The position numbers and the translations under genes are program-made. A stretch of 63,625 nt of DNA, counting the filler, from Chiloscyllium plagiosum (Eukaryota): NCBI RefSeq assembly GCF_004010195.1. It is 4 parts of one record of this genome, joined end to end, with 100 filler letters (N's around TTAATTAATTAA, not from the genome) between each part and the next. Parts side by side here need not be neighbours in the genome. Positions count along the whole stretch, not along the records: positions 1 to 21,245 come from NC_057711.1; 3 more parts are not named here. The stretch is one strand, 5' to 3'. Below are positions 1 through 13,510 of the stretch, one piece after another. The notes under the pieces were generated by a model, which was not told where the DNA came from, made no database searches, and saw only the letters and a program-made list of their open reading frames with translations. Within the stretch, counting starts at the first letter, position 1. Each line of letters starts with the position of its first letter.

Positions 1-1550
1 ATGGTTCCTCTTTCCCATATCTTCTAAATCCATTTGCCTTAATTGCAATTTCAGGTTTTCTAACTCTACTGCTCTTGTCTGTTTCTCTGATACACCTAAG
101 TGCTTGACCGACTCCCATTACAGTTTCAGCTTTCCTTTTGCCTCTGGTTAAACCCAATTCTAACTTATTTGCTAATTCTAAAAGTATGTCCTTCCTCTTT
201 ATTTCTGAACTTTCTTGGCAAATTTGGGAAGCATCTTCAAACCCCCCCTCACTTTTAATTTAACCAACCACAATTAACCAATTTTTTCATCTGTTTTATT
301 TAAAGATCTAGGACACTAATCAGCAAGTGTTTAAATTTGCTGTAACCTTCTGTACCCCAAAAATGACCAAATCTCAGACTGGATCGGTCTAAACCAATCC
401 AAATCTCAGACCCGAGCCTCCAAACTGTTTTGCCACAGAGGTGAACACGTATTAGTTAAACCAAACACCCAGAAAAGCTCACTTTGCCTTGTAATCTGCT
501 AAAATATTAGTGACAGAGAACTCGCAAATTCCACTATTTTAAAGAAAATAACATCAATTTTTTTAACTCTTAAAATGAACATTAAACTGTTCTAAGCACC
601 CCCTTTCTCTGAACTGCTTATTATTTGCATCCAACTCTATAACAATATGCTGTTACAACAAGACACTTATTAAAATTACATCAACTTAATTTCAAAACCA
701 CATAGCCGTTCTCGTCTTCTGTGACTTCACTCTTCAAGCTGCTGAATTCCCTGGCTCCTCATCTTTCTTCTTACTGCGTGTATGTTTCATAGGAAAAGGT
801 ACCATTGATAGAGAGTGTTTCCTAATTTATTGGAGAACAAGATGTTAGATCTCCAGGCTTATCTGTCTCAAAGGCAGTTGCACTCTAACCAATTTTCAAA
901 TGGTCCGCATTTTATTTCCACCTCAACATTGGATCGTCTCATTGGTTTGATGTTGGCAAAACAAGAAATTCAAACTCTATTGGGTTGTAGTATCCTGGAG
1001 CATAACTTAAACAGATTAAAATCGAATTGTTACCAAAACAGCAACCAAAACTCAAGTCCATAGCTAGAGGGCATAGGTTTAGAGTGAGAATGGAAAGATA
1101 TAAAAGGGACCTAAGGGACAACATTTTCACGCAGAGGGTGGTGTGAGTATGAAATGAGCAGCCAGAGGAAGTGGTGGAGGCTGATATAATTGCAACATTT
1201 AAAAGGCATCCGGATGGCTGTATGGATAGGGAGGGTTTACAGGGATATGGCCAAATGCTGGCAATTCAGACTAGATTAGGTTTGGGTATCTGGTCGGCAT
1301 GGACAAGTTGGACTGAAGGGTCTGTTTTATCTCTGACTCTATCCGTTTCACAGCCAAATGTTACATATTTTCAGTTTTCCAGTAAACTCTGGGGCTGCCA
1401 TCTAGTCATATACACAGGTGCTTGTCATCTCTCAGTTCAGAACAGCATTCACTCTCTCTTGAAGGTACAGTTCACGCCTTCAGTTTCATAACACGTGAAA
1501 TAAGTTGTCTGTTTTATAAGCCCACAAGAACTTGGAACCATAACTTGCCA
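1..1550 (-). mobile_element. Gypsy (Gmr1-like) 5' end: LTR, primer-binding site (PBS) and degenerate gag N-terminus
   Basis: Minus strand of about 1-190 reads LLELANKLELGL...ELENLKLQLRQMDLE, similar to the gag N-terminus at 44234; tRNA-Pro-like PBS (TGGAGGCTCGG..) near 403-423; outer LTR boundary is approximate. Confidence 0.6.
1061..1340 (+). mobile_element. CR1 LINE 3' fragment inside the LTR
   Basis: RGHRFRVR..F.QRVV..(W)NE.PEEVVEA C-terminus plus CR1 3' UTR. Confidence 0.85.
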
Positions 1551-1605
1551 AAGACAGTACTGGACTTGACGACTCATTTGTTGACTTTGTCATCAGTGTG
1601 AACTA

Positions 1606-1831
1606 GTGTTGAGAGTGTGCTGCTGGAAAAGCACAGCAGGTCAGACAGCATCCGAGGAGCAGGAGAATCGACATCTCTGGCAAAAGCCCTTCGGCAGAAA
1701 ACCCTTCAATCCTGGTGAAGGGCTTTTGTCCAAGACATCGATTTCCCTGCTCCTGGGATGCTGCCCGACCTGCTGTGCTTTTCCAGCACCACACTCTACT
1801 CTAATCTCCAGCATCTGCAGTCCTCACTTTT
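1606..1831. mobile_element. PLE family A fold-back mini-element
   Basis: Inverted arms GCTGGAAAAGCACAGCAGGTC.. / ..GACCTGCTGTGCTTTTCCAGC; degenerate hammerhead core near the apex. Confidence 0.8.
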
Positions 1832-2014
1832 GCCCATCAATGTGAACTACTCAGGAGTTAGTGCTACGGAGATAAATAAATTTGTTAACTGCTTCAATCC
1901 GTTTGTTATTGAGTATAATAACTGATTTCATGTAGTGCTTTTCTAGGGCACTTTGCTGCCTTCAGAATTTCTGTTGCTGAAACGAAGACTGAAACTATCA
2001 AATGGGGATGAAAA

Positions 2015-3795
2015 AGAACAAAGGACAGTACAGCACAGGAACAGGCCTTTTGGCTCACCAAGGCTATGCTGACATGTGATGCCTTTTAAGCTAAAAATAT
2101 TTTGCCTCTACACAATCTGTATCTCTTAATTCCATTCCTATTCATATATCTGTCAAAGTGCGCCTTCAGAATGCTACTGTATCTGCCTCCATCGCCTTTG
2201 GTAACGCATTCCAGGCACTTACTTCAGGAACTCTGTTAATAAAAAAGCTTGTCTCTTGCATCTCTTTTAAACTTATCTCCTTTTATCTTAAAACTATAAC
2301 CCTTAGTAATTGGCATTCCTACCCATGAAAAAGACTGTTTGTTCTATCCATACCTCTCGTAATTTTGTAAACTTCTATCAGGTTCGCCTGTCATCATTTG
2401 ACATTCAAGTGGAAACAAACCAAGTTCGTCCAATCTTTCCTCACAGCTAATATTCTCCAAACCAGGCAATATTCTTCTAAGCAGTTTCTGTGCTTCCATA
2501 TCCTTCAGGTAGTGTGACAATCAGCACTGCATACAGTACTCCAAATGTGGCATAACTAAAGGTCTGTACAGCTTCAACATGACAATTTTTGTACACTCTG
2601 CCCCAATTAATGAAGGGCAGTATGCTTTCTTGATTACCTTCGCCACTTGAGTTGCCACTTTCAAGAAACTGTGAGCCCGCACGCCTAGATCCCTCTGTAT
2701 AGAATCATAGAGATGTACATCATGGAACCTGACCCTTTGGTCCAGCCTGTCCATGTCGATCAGATATCCCAACCCAATCTAGTCCCACCTGCCAGCACCT
2801 CCAAACCCTTCCTATTCATACCCATCCAAATGCCCTTTTAGACAGAGGATGGTGGCGGAGGGTTGTTTTTCAGACTGGAAGCCTGTGACCAGTGCAGTGT
2901 CACATGGATCGGTTCTGGGTCCTCTACTTTTTGTCATTTACATAAATGATTTGGATGTGAGCATAAGAGGTACAGTTAGTAAGTTTGCTGATGACACCAA
3001 AATTGGAGGTGTAGTGGACAGCGAAGAGAGATACCTCAAATTACAACAGGATCATGACCAGCCCCAGCCTGTTCAGCCTCTCCCTATAGCTCAACATCCT
3101 TGTAAATCTTTTCTGAACCCTTTCAAGTTGCACAACATTGTGATAGGAAGGAGGCCAGAATTGCATGCAATATTCCAACAGTGGCCTAACCAATGTCCTG
3201 TACAGCCGCAACATGACCTCCCAACTTCTGTGCTCAATACTCTGACCGATAAAAGAAAGCATACCAAACGCCGCCTTCACTATCATATCTACCTGCGACT
3301 CCACTTTCAAGGAGCTATGAGCCTGCACTCCAAGGTCTCTTTGTTCAGGAACAGTCCCGAGGACCTTACCATTAAGTGTATAAGACCTGCTAAGATTTGC
3401 TTTCCCAAAATGCAGCACCTAATATTTATCTAAATTAAACTCCATCTGCCACTTCTCAGCCCATTGGCACATCTGGTCCAGATCCTGTTGTAATCTGAGG
3501 TAACCCTCTTCACTGTCCGCTACACCTCCAATTTCGGTGTCATCAGCAAACTTACTAACTGTACCTCTTATGCTCGCATCCAAATCATTTATGTAAATGA
3601 CAAAAAGTCGAGGACCCAGCACCGATCCTTGTGGCACTCCACTGGTCACAGGCTTCCAGTCTGAAAAACAACCCTCCGCCACCACCCTCTGTCTTCTACC
3701 TTTGAGCCAGTTCTGTATCCAAATGGCTAGTTCTCCCTGTATTCTGTGAGATCTAACCTTGCTAATCAGTCTCCCAAGAGGAACCTTTTCAACCA
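2015..3795 (-). mobile_element. Nested CR1 LINE fragments with an internal inverted duplication
   Basis: RT motifs GVPQGSVLGP, SKFADDT, LVRPLLEYC; 2840-3055 is an inverted copy of about 3478-3694. Confidence 0.9.
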
Positions 3796-4837
3796 CCTCA
3801 AATAATTGAGGGAGGTGATCAGTGATTTTATGCTTCCTGTCTTGTCAAGTTCTCATTTGACAGTACCTGACCCTGATGCCCTATTTCTCATGGAGACATA
3901 GAAAATAGGAAAAGCAATAGGCCACTTGGCCCTTTCAGCCTACTCCACCATTCCTTACGATCATGGCTGATCATCCAACTCTCAAACCTGTTTCCGCTGC
4001 CCCAAGTGGTGTTAATCAATTTAGGTTTCTCAGTTGGATTTTATGCATTTGCACATGGGCTGCATGGCCCACTTTGCAGACAGAAAGCTTGCATGCACTA
4101 CACCTGTTTGAAATTAACAAAATAGATAATAGACATTCCAGTGAGTACAGATTCCACCTTCTGTGGAAAGCCTGCAGTTTTTTTCCTTTTCCAGGATCAT
4201 GAGTCTTTGGAAATCTTCCTCAAAAGGCAGTGGAAGCAAGGACTTGAATGTTTTTGAGGCAGAATTAGTTAGGTTCTTAGTAAGCAAGAGAATGAAATCT
4301 TATTGGGCAGATGGCATCGTGGTTTGAGATTATAGTCTCATCAGTCATGATCTTATTAAATGGTAGATAAAGTTCAAGGGACTGAATGGCCTACTTCTGT
4401 TCCTGAGTGGCGTGTTATTTATATCATCTGCAGTGATCTATTTACTTTTTCAATTTTAGATTCTCCTTAAATTTCTGTATTGATGGTGCAATTTTACTGT
4501 CTTTTTTTCACTTCCTGGAATGATTCTTTGAAAGTTATTTTCTAAAATGTCATCTGCTTACCCACTGACTCATGTATTAAACTAATGTACCAGTTCACTT
4601 TTGCTAAGTCATTTGTCTTTTTTAAAATAATTATAAGTGTAAAGTTTAAAACTAGAGTCTTTAACCCACACTCTAAATTTCACGTTCAGTTGGAGGGACA
4701 ATAATGTTGTGATCACAGTTACCTCACTTTGCTTTTACTAGGAGGTCATTAATACCAATGTGTTAAACGTTATCAGATCTGCGCTAGTTTGCTCTTTTTA
4801 TTTTATTGGCTCTAGAGCATGCCTCTTTAGGAAATTG

Positions 4838-5051
4838 TAAGGACTGCAGATGCTGGAGAGTCAGAGTTGATAAAATGTGGTGCTGGAAAAAGCACATCAG
4901 ATCAGACAGCTTCTGAGGAGCTAAAAGTGTTGAAGTTTTGGCTATATTCCTTCATCAGGATTCATGAAAGATTATGACTGAAATGTCAACTCTCTTCCTC
5001 ATCAGATGCTGCCTGACGTGCTGTACTTTTTCCAGCACCACACTTGATCAA
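4838..5051. mobile_element. Degenerate PLE family A fold-back
   Basis: GGACTGCAGATGCTGGAG terminus; inverted GTGGTGCTGGAAAAAG / CTTTTTCCAGCACCAC arms. Confidence 0.7.
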
Positions 5052-6145
5052 ACATGTCTATCTAAGGAACTATCCTGAAAGAACTCTTTGATCTCATTTT
5101 CCAGGCTGGCTTTACTAAGCTAATTCATTCAAGCTATATATATAGTTTAAAATTGTGCATGATTATAGCCATACTTTTCTCCCAAGGTGCCATTATTTCT
5201 TTCCATATACCTCATCCTACAGTGTACTTGATATAAGGTGCAACATAAACCATTCCCACAAGTGACTTCTTAGTTTTATTCTTTCCTGTCCGTACCCCAG
5301 TCTGATTCTACATCTTGATGTTTGATCTGGGACGATGTTGCAATGATAGATCTGTTATCCCTAATTAACAGAGCTCCCTTCCACCTTGCTCTGTTTCCTG
5401 GATTTCTGAAATGATATATGCCCTTGAATATTCAGGTCTTAACTTTTGCCACCTTGCAGTTATGCATCTCAAATGATTTTCATGTTTACCTATTCATTTC
5501 TATTTGATCTGTTAATTCATCTTTTTTGTGCCAAATGCTATCTGCATTAGGAGACAGAATCTGTCATTTTTATTTCCTTACTGTTGCAACCTTTAACCTA
5601 TCTGCTGGCACATTCTTGAGTTTGTAGGCTCTGTGCCTTCCCACCATGTTGGTTATAATTACCCTGATTGCTAGCTTCCTTCTTGGCCTTGACTTCTCTC
5701 TCTATTTTATCATACTTTCCTTCACTTGGTCCCTCACCTCCACTATTTGGTTTAGTTTGGAGGATGAAGTTAACAAGGCTGACAGGTTGCTTATTATAGA
5801 AGTTGGTGAACATATCCCAGTGAGAGAATGTTTTATTGTACGTGACTGAACAATAGCAGTGAGAATTTTAAACGAAAGTTAAGTTGTGAAGTGAAGCAAG
5901 TTGACCAGAGGCCAAAGCACCAGTGAAGTGAAGAATCAGGCTAAGGATATATTTAAACAGGTATTCTGAGTGGAGATGGGAGAAAATGTAATGATCTAAT
6001 CAGTGTTCTTGATTTATTGAATTAAATAGCAGTCATGTACCATGTGCTAGTTCTAGTTCTCTTGCCTCACTTCCATTGCATGCCATTGAGGTTTCTTATG
6101 TATTTTCTGCTGAATCTCACAGTAGAGTCATTGTTTTCTTCACAG

Positions 6146-6292
6146 CTGGACATGCAACGTGGGGTCCATGGGCGTCTGATGGATAATTCCACAAGTGTGC
6201 GTGAAGCAGCTGTGGAGTTACTGGGTCGCTTTGTGCTGAGCCGACCTCAGCTCACTGAGCAGTATTACGACATGTTGATCGAGAGGATATTG
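6146..6292 (+). CDS. NIPBL: NIPBL (cohesin loader) internal exon, HEAT-repeat region (about human exon 29)
   Basis: cacag|CTG...TTG|gtacgt; 147 bp, phase 0; encodes LDMQRGVHGRLMDNSTSVREAAVELLGRFVLSRPQLTEQYYDMLIERIL, near-identical to vertebrate NIPBL. Confidence 0.97.
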
Positions 6293-7397
6293 GTACGTCT
6301 GTTTCCTAGCCAGCTGCATGTCAGATTGGGGTTTTGTTGCCATGTTGAGAGTGAAGTTGAAAGTAATTGAAGTGGGAGTAGGTTTTGTAAAGTTTATCTA
6401 GACAATGTCAAAAAGTAAAAATTGGTGCCACACACCAGTCCTGAACTTTTTTTTGTCTGAGTAACACTTGCCACTTATCGTGGTTTCCAGGATAGGCTGA
6501 GCAAGTTCACAGTAGGCCAGGAACATCTTGAAGTTAATCTGATCTATTTTAGCAAAATGCTCCAGTTGCTGGAAATCTGCAATAAAATAGAAAATACTAG
6601 AAATACCCAGCAGAACTGGAGTTGTTGTTTTATAACTCCAAAAAGTTAGAAGTGTAATACGTTTGAGCAAGGTCCATTAATATATGTTGATTAATCTTGA
6701 GTGTTTTCAACTCTTGCAAAGTTTTTCTTTTATCCTTATAATGGTCACACCACTAGTGTTTGAACTCCTCAGTTCATAAGGTAAGTGTTTGTCTACAAGA
6801 CGACAATATGTAAAATTTTCCATGTTGATGTTTTACTGATCCCTTGAATATGATCTGCTTAAAATATGCAGTGATAGAATTGCCTGCAGGAGCATACTCA
6901 TATGCTCCTCCTCAGTTCACACAACATGAAACTTTGTTGACAGTGTGATATTATACATGAGTTTGGGTACATATTGATGCGTAGGCCATTTCATCAATTG
7001 CCTCAAAACTTTGTGCAATCAGATCTCTATTATTACTAATAAAGTAATAGAATTTTAGAGAGCAGTGCACCATTCAGTCTATCTGAAAATTCTTCACTGT
7101 CTTCATCACAATGCATTGCATTTTCTTTGTTTAGCAGAGCTATAGGGAAAGAATATGTTTAAATTAACTGGTTAGTTGAAGAAAAAAATTAGGACACTGG
7201 TTTGATGCATCAAATGATGGTCTACTGTGCTATGTCATTCTCTGTTGTTTTGAGGAGTTGCGTGAAGTGCAGGTAAGAACTATTTGGGAATAGGCCCTGT
7301 GTTAGAAGATTGAAATTTTAACAGTTTTTAATATCTAGGAAATCTACACTTTACTTTTCTGCATTTGTCTCATGTTTTAACAAATAATCTCTTGCAG

Positions 7398-7532
7398 GAC
7401 ACCGGTATAAGTGTGAGAAAGAGAGTTATCAAGATTCTACGTGATATATGCATCGAGCAACCAACATTCTCTAAAGTGACTGAGATGTGTGTGCGAATGA
7501 TTCGCAGAGTCAATGATGAAGAGGGCATTAAG
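7398..7532 (+). CDS. NIPBL: NIPBL internal exon (about human exon 30)
   Basis: ttgcag|GAC...AAG|gtaaag; 135 bp; DTGISVRKRVIKILRDICIEQPTFSKVTEMCVRMIRRVNDEEGIK. Confidence 0.97.
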
Positions 7533-8220
7533 GTAAAGTTACATAGATTAATCAAATGTATTTACCCAACTTCTTGTTTGTGTAACTGGAATTATAATGC
7601 ATTCATTTCACTTTGCTTCCTGTACAGAATGTTGCTATAGTCTCTCAAGAAGTGATCTACTTAGAATCTCTGTGTATAAACTAATCTAAGTCACAAAAGG
7701 AATTGACCTCACCATTGACAATGCACTGATTTGCATCAAGTTGTAGAGAATTTGGTTTTTCATTTGTTCATGGAATCAGGGTTTTGCTGTCTGGGCATTT
7801 ATTGCCCATCATAATTGCTCTGAAGGCGGTGGTGGTGGTGAAATGCATTCTTGGACTGCTGCTATCCTGGGAGTGTAGTTACGTCCATAGTGCTGTTTAA
7901 AGTTTTTAAGAATTTTTCCCAGTAATAATGAAAGAATGGCAGTATGGTTGAATCAAAATGATGTATGACTTGGAAAACTTACAAGCGTTTGCTGCCTTCA
8001 AGATGGCAGAGGTCATGGATTTGCAAGTGCCTTTTGAAAGATCTTTGAAATGTTGGAATGCGTTTGTAGATAGTACACATTGCTGTCACTGAGTGTCATT
8101 GGTGGAGGGAAAGAATACTGAAGGTAGTGGATGTATTGCCAATCAAACGGGCTGCTTTGTTTTTGGTGTCAAACATAAATAGTGTTAGAGCTGCACTCAT
8201 TCAGGCATTTGGAGAGTATT

Positions 8221-8747
8221 TCGGATGAAGGTTTGCTCGCTGAGCTAGAAGGTTTATTTCTAGATGTTTCGTCACCCTACTAGGTAACATCTTCAGTGGG
8301 TCTCCCGGCAAAGCACTGTTGATAATTCCTGCTTTCTATTTATATGTTTGGGTTTCTTTGGATTGATATCATTTCCTGTGATGATGCCATCTGTTCTTTT
8401 CCTTGGGGGGTGGTAGATGGGGTCTAACTCTTAAGTGTTTGTGGAGAGAGTTCCATTGGAATGCCATGTTTCTAGGAATTCTCGTGCGTGTCTCCGTTTG
8501 GCTTGTTCTAGAATGGATGTGATGTCCCAGTCGAAGTGGTGTCCTTCCTCATCTGTACGTAAGGCTACTAGTGAGAGAGGGTCATATAACTAGAAAGCAG
8601 GAATTATCGACAGTACTTCGCCTGGAGGCCCACTAAAGATGTTACCTACTCTGGTGACAAAATGTCTGGAAATGAACCTTTCAGTTCAGCGAGCAAACCT
8701 ACATCCAAAACCTCGACCTGAGCTGCACATCTTTCTCAAAACTCGCA
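8221..8747. mobile_element. PLE family C (Poseidon-like) fragment with inverted termini, inserted in an older LINE
   Basis: Inverted arms (GGTTTGCTCGCTGAGCT / AGTTCAGCGAGCAAACC); minus-strand GIY-YIG tail HHFDWD...REFLE.WHS; TSD TGGAGAGTATT at 8210-8220 and 8748-8758; hammerhead-like core on minus at about 8263-8296. Confidence 0.85.
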
Positions 8748-9396
8748 TGGAGAGTATTCCATCAAACTCCTCTTTCCTCTATGGTTGGTCCTTGTGATTC
8801 TGAAATTCTAAATATAGTAGAAACAATGTCTAAAGTACCAATCCTTGTGGGACTGCATTGTAAATTTCCTGTTATCTGAAAAATCGTTCATTCACCTCTA
8901 GTCCCTGCCCACTGATCCCTTCTCCAGTTTTATATCCATGTTTTTAATATTATTTTACTACCATGTTTTTCCACTTTCTGAAGGAGTTTATTTTAAGTGT
9001 GGAATTTTATCAACTGCCTTCTGACAGTTCTTTAATAAAACTTCTAATATTTACATTAATTTCTGTTACTTCAACATGACTTGTGTTTAATCAATGTTGA
9101 CCTAGCCTCATTTTTCCAAGATTCACCAAATGAAAATTCATTTTATTTTAGTGTGAAAGACCTCCAGTCAAGATTCCAACATTGATAAGCTGTTTCACCT
9201 TCAGTTTATCCCCTTTTCAAAATTAGGGTTATTGTAACATTTGTAACCTACTAGTTCTCTGGAACCATCCCAAATTCTCCCTCCATTGCCATTTGATGCA
9301 TTGGGATGAACTGATGTTTTGTATGAGCTGTTCTCATGTTTGTGATTGAATGAACTCTGAAAGATATTAATGTAACTCGGATTTTATTCTCTGCAG

Positions 9397-9495
9397 AAAC
9401 TGGTGAACGAAACATTCCAGAAACTCTGGTTCACTCCCACTCCCTCTCATGATGCAGAAGGGATGACACGAAAAATCCTAAACGTCACAGATGTG
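9397..9495 (+). CDS. NIPBL: NIPBL internal exon (about human exon 31)
   Basis: ctgcag|AAA...GTG|gtgagt; 99 bp; KLVNETFQKLWFTPTPSHDAEGMTRKILNVTDV (translated by hand, not in the ORF track). Confidence 0.96.
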
Positions 9496-10558
9496 GTGAG
9501 TGTTTGTCTTCCTTTTACCCTGTAACACCTTAATACCATGCTTATGTACTCCTATAAAACTTAAGCTAGTTTAAGTATAAACACAGGTGGTCTTTATAAA
9601 TGAGTCAGAAGGAACACTGATTCAGCCCTTGAGCATGTTTTGTCATTCTGTTTGAGCATGGCTGATCTGATTCTTAGCCCTCTTTGTTTGGCCTTGCTCC
9701 TTACCATCACCTAAAAAAAAATCTCTTAATATTAAATCTTGAAAATTTAACTGGAGCCCCAACGTTCTGCCCCAAAGACTCAAAGTGCTGATAACTACAA
9801 ACGATGGTGACATCAACAGTCAGACTATTTCATTAGGTATGTACTCTGCCCTCAAACATGTAGATGTCCACAATGACTTGGAACTTCATGTGCAGAATGT
9901 AGCTGCTGTATGAGAGTTGCCACAGCTAAACAAAGAGACTAGTCATAAGTAGTCAAATGAGCCATGAATGCTGGCACACAATTCCACAACTAATCAGCGG
10001 AGAATACTCCAATATATCTCTACATGAGGTGGGGAAAGTCCAGCACGATGGTGCAAAAGAAAAGTTAAGCATTTATAACAAACTTCAGTCAAAGGCAATG
10101 ATCCACTTTGACCTCCTCCTTCGGCCCCCACCATCACAGATACTGGACTTCAGCCAATTCAATTCATTCTACGTGGTATCAAGCAAAAGAAAAAGCCTTA
10201 TGGGCCTTTTCAGGTTCTGACAATATTACTCAAGATTTGATCCTTAGAATGAATTGCATCCACTGGATGGAACCATAACCTGCACAAAGGAAAATTATGA
10301 AATTGTTGTGAGTTAAATCATCTCAATCCCAAGGTATCATCATGGGAGTACCTCAAGATAATTTCACAAGCACACAAGATGTAGGAGCAGGTACCGACCA
10401 TCTTACCATATTTGCATAGTCTGCCAGTTAATATGATTATAGCTCTTCTTGGACTTCAACTCTACTTTCCACATGATCCCCAAAGACCTTGATTGCACCC
10501 TTGGGAGACTAAAGTTCTCCATGTGTTAGCCTTAAATATTTTCAATGGTGGGCTATCC

Positions 10559-10752
10559 ATGATGTGGAGGTGCCAGTGTTGGACTGGGAGGACAAAGGCA
10601 GACATCACATGACACCAGGTTATAGCCCAACAAGTTTATTTGAAATCACAAGCTTTCGAAGCAATGCTTCATTCGCTAATGAAGGAGCAGCGCTCCAAAA
10701 GCTTGTGATTTTGAATCAACCTGCTGGACTATAATCTGGTGTTGAGAGACTT
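10559..10752. mobile_element. PLE family B short fold-back
   Basis: Inverted ACACCAGGTTATAG../..CTATAATCTGGTGT arms; GAAGGAGCAGCGCTCC stem near the apex. Confidence 0.75.
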
Positions 10753-11254
10753 CGGGCTACCCATAACACTTTGGGGCAGAGAATTACATAGGTGTACACC
10801 CCTTTGAAAAAGTAATTTTCCTTATCTCAGTCCTAAATACAAACATACGAAAATGTAAAACAGAAGCAGGCATTTCTCAATTCATCCTCAAATCTGCTCT
10901 GTCATTCAATAAGATCAGTTTGCATTTCAAATTTCATAGTCCCATCTATCAAGGAGTATTATATTAGCCATTTTCCATTCGTCTGAGACCTTCCCTGACT
11001 CCGGTGATTCAGGAAAGTTCACCATCAATGCCTCCATAATCTTCTCCGATATCTCCCTAATTGACCCTACTCATCCTACTACTACCCTTTCACTATTTAG
11101 CTGTTTATAAAAAAGGATTTGGAATTCACCTTTTATGTTAGCTGTGAGTCATTTTTCATAATTTCTCTTTGCTTTTTTGCCTCCCTTCTGAACATTCTCT
11201 GTTCAGGTTGGCTCTTAAATGGTATGTTGTATTTTTAATGTAATGTAATCTAAC

Positions 11255-12785
11255 CTAATGATATCAAGAAACAGTTAGAGGCACTTGATACCACAAAGGT
11301 TAGGGGCCCTGACAACATTTCAGCAATAGTAGTGAAGATCTGGGCTTCAGAACTAGCCAAGCACTTCCAATACAGTTACAACACTGGCATCTACCTGACA
11401 ATGTGGAAAATTTTCCATGCACATCTGGTACATAAGAAGCAGGACAAATCCAACACAGCCAATTATCTCAATTGTCTACTCTTGATCATCAGTAGTGAAA
11501 GGTGTTATCAACAGTGCTATCAAGCAGCACCTACTCAGCAATAGCCTGCTTGGTGATGCCCAGTTTGGGCTTTGCCAGGCCACTCAGCTCCTGATCTCAT
11601 TACAGCCTTGGCTCAAATCTGTACAAAAGACCTGACCAAATTCCAGAGGTGACACAAGAGTGACAGTCCTTGACATCAAGGCCACATTTGACCAAGTGTG
11701 GCATCAAGAAGCTCTAGTAAAACTGGAATCATTGGGCATCGGGAGCTAGCACTCTGCTGGATGAAGCCAGATCTAGCACTAAGATGATGGTCGTGCTTGT
11801 TGGAGGTCAGTCATCTCAACTTCAGAACATCTCTGCAGGAGTTCCTCAGGGTAGTGTCCAGGGACCAAGCGTTTTGAACTCTTTCATTGATGACCTTCCC
11901 TCCACCATGAGGTCAGATATGGGGAAGCTCACTGATGACTGCACCATTCGTGACTCCTCAGATACTGAACGAATTCATGTTCAACGCAACACGATCTGAG
12001 CAACATCCAGTCTTCGAGTGACAAGTGGCAAGTAACATTTGCTCCACACAAATGCCAGGCAATTACCATCACCAATAAGAGACAATCTATCGCTGTATTT
12101 TGGCATTCAATAGTGTTGCCAACACAGATTCTCAAACTATTGACATCCTTGGGATTATCACTTACCACAAACTGAACTTAACATGCTACATAAACAGTGG
12201 CTGCATGAAAAGGTCAGAGGCTAGGTATACTTTGGTGAATAACACACTTCCTGACTCCTCAAAACCTGTCTACCATCTACAAGGTAGAAGTCAGGAGCGT
12301 GATGGATTACTTCCCACTTGCCTGGGTGAGTGCAGCTCCAACAATCTGAAGCTTGACACCATACAGGATAAAGCACCCTATCTGATTGGCACCATAGTCG
12401 CAGACATCCACTTCCTCCACCATTGATGCTCAGTAGCAACAGTACGTACTAACAAGATGCATTGGAGAAATTCACCAAAGATGCTCTCACAGCACCTCAC
12501 AAACACGCAACCACTTCTGCCTAGAAGGAGAAGGGCAGCAGATACATGGGATCACCATTACCTCAATTTCCTCTTGAAGCCACACTCTATCCTGATTTGC
12601 AAATATATCGCTGTTCCTTCACCGATGCTGGATCAAATTCCTGGAACTCCCTTCCCAAGGACATAAAGAATCTGCTTACAGCATATGAATTGCAGCAGTT
12701 CAAGGAAGAAACTTACCATCACCTCAAGGGCAACAAATGCTGGTCAACCAGTGTACCCTATGTCCCATAAGTGAATGAAAATAAA
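11255..12785 (+). mobile_element. Degenerate CR1/L2-group LINE (RT and 3' end)
   Basis: LDIKATFDQVWHQ, AGVPQGSVQGP, W..KWQVTFAP.KCQ motifs, with frameshifts. Confidence 0.85.
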
Positions 12786-12848
12786 AGAGGTAAGCCAAAT
12801 CAGTCAGTGGGAGAAAGTTTAGGAAAGAGTATCATAAGATTTAGAATG

Positions 12849-13100
12849 AATTCCAGCCTCAGGCGACTGGCTGTGTGGAGTTTGCACATTCTCCCCATGT
12901 CTGCGTGGGTTTCCTCCGGGTGCTCCGGTTTCCTCCCACAGTCCAAAGATGTATAGGTGAGGTGAATTGGCCATGCTAAATTGCCCATAGTGTTAGGTGA
13001 AGAGGTAAATGTAGGGGTATGGGTGGGTTGCGCTTCGGCGGGTCGGTGTGGACTTGTTGGGCCGAAGGGCCTGATTCCACACTGTAAGTAATCTAATCTA
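12849..13100 (+). mobile_element. HE1/V-SINE-type SINE, 5' truncated
   Basis: V-domain CTCCCC.TGTCTGCGTGGGTTTCCTCCGGGTGCTCCGGTTTCCTCCCACAGTCCAAAGAT; (TAATC)n tail; ATAAGATTTA on both flanks. Confidence 0.85.
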
Positions 13101-13510
13101 ATAAGATTTAAGTTACGTATGTAGATGACAGTATGCAAATTAAGACATGTGAAATTGACGAATTGAGAATGAGACTAACAAATAAGGAGAATGCTGATTT
13201 CAGTGGACTAAGACGACTAATCCCTGGGGTGACAGCATTATTCTATGAGGAGAGATTAATTAAACTGAGTCTGCACATTCCAGAGTGTTAAAGAATGACT
13301 GACCTCATTAAAGCTTACAACATTCTTAGAGGGTGTGACAAAGTTGATATGGATAGGAATTCTCCCGGCTAGACCCAAGTGACACATTCTCAGAATAAGG
13401 GGTAGGCCATTTAGAATTGAGAGGAGAATTTGTTCACAAAGTGATGAATCTTTGGTTTCACTAGCCCAGAGGATTGTGGAAGCTAAGTTATTGAGCAGAT
13501 TTGAGATAAG

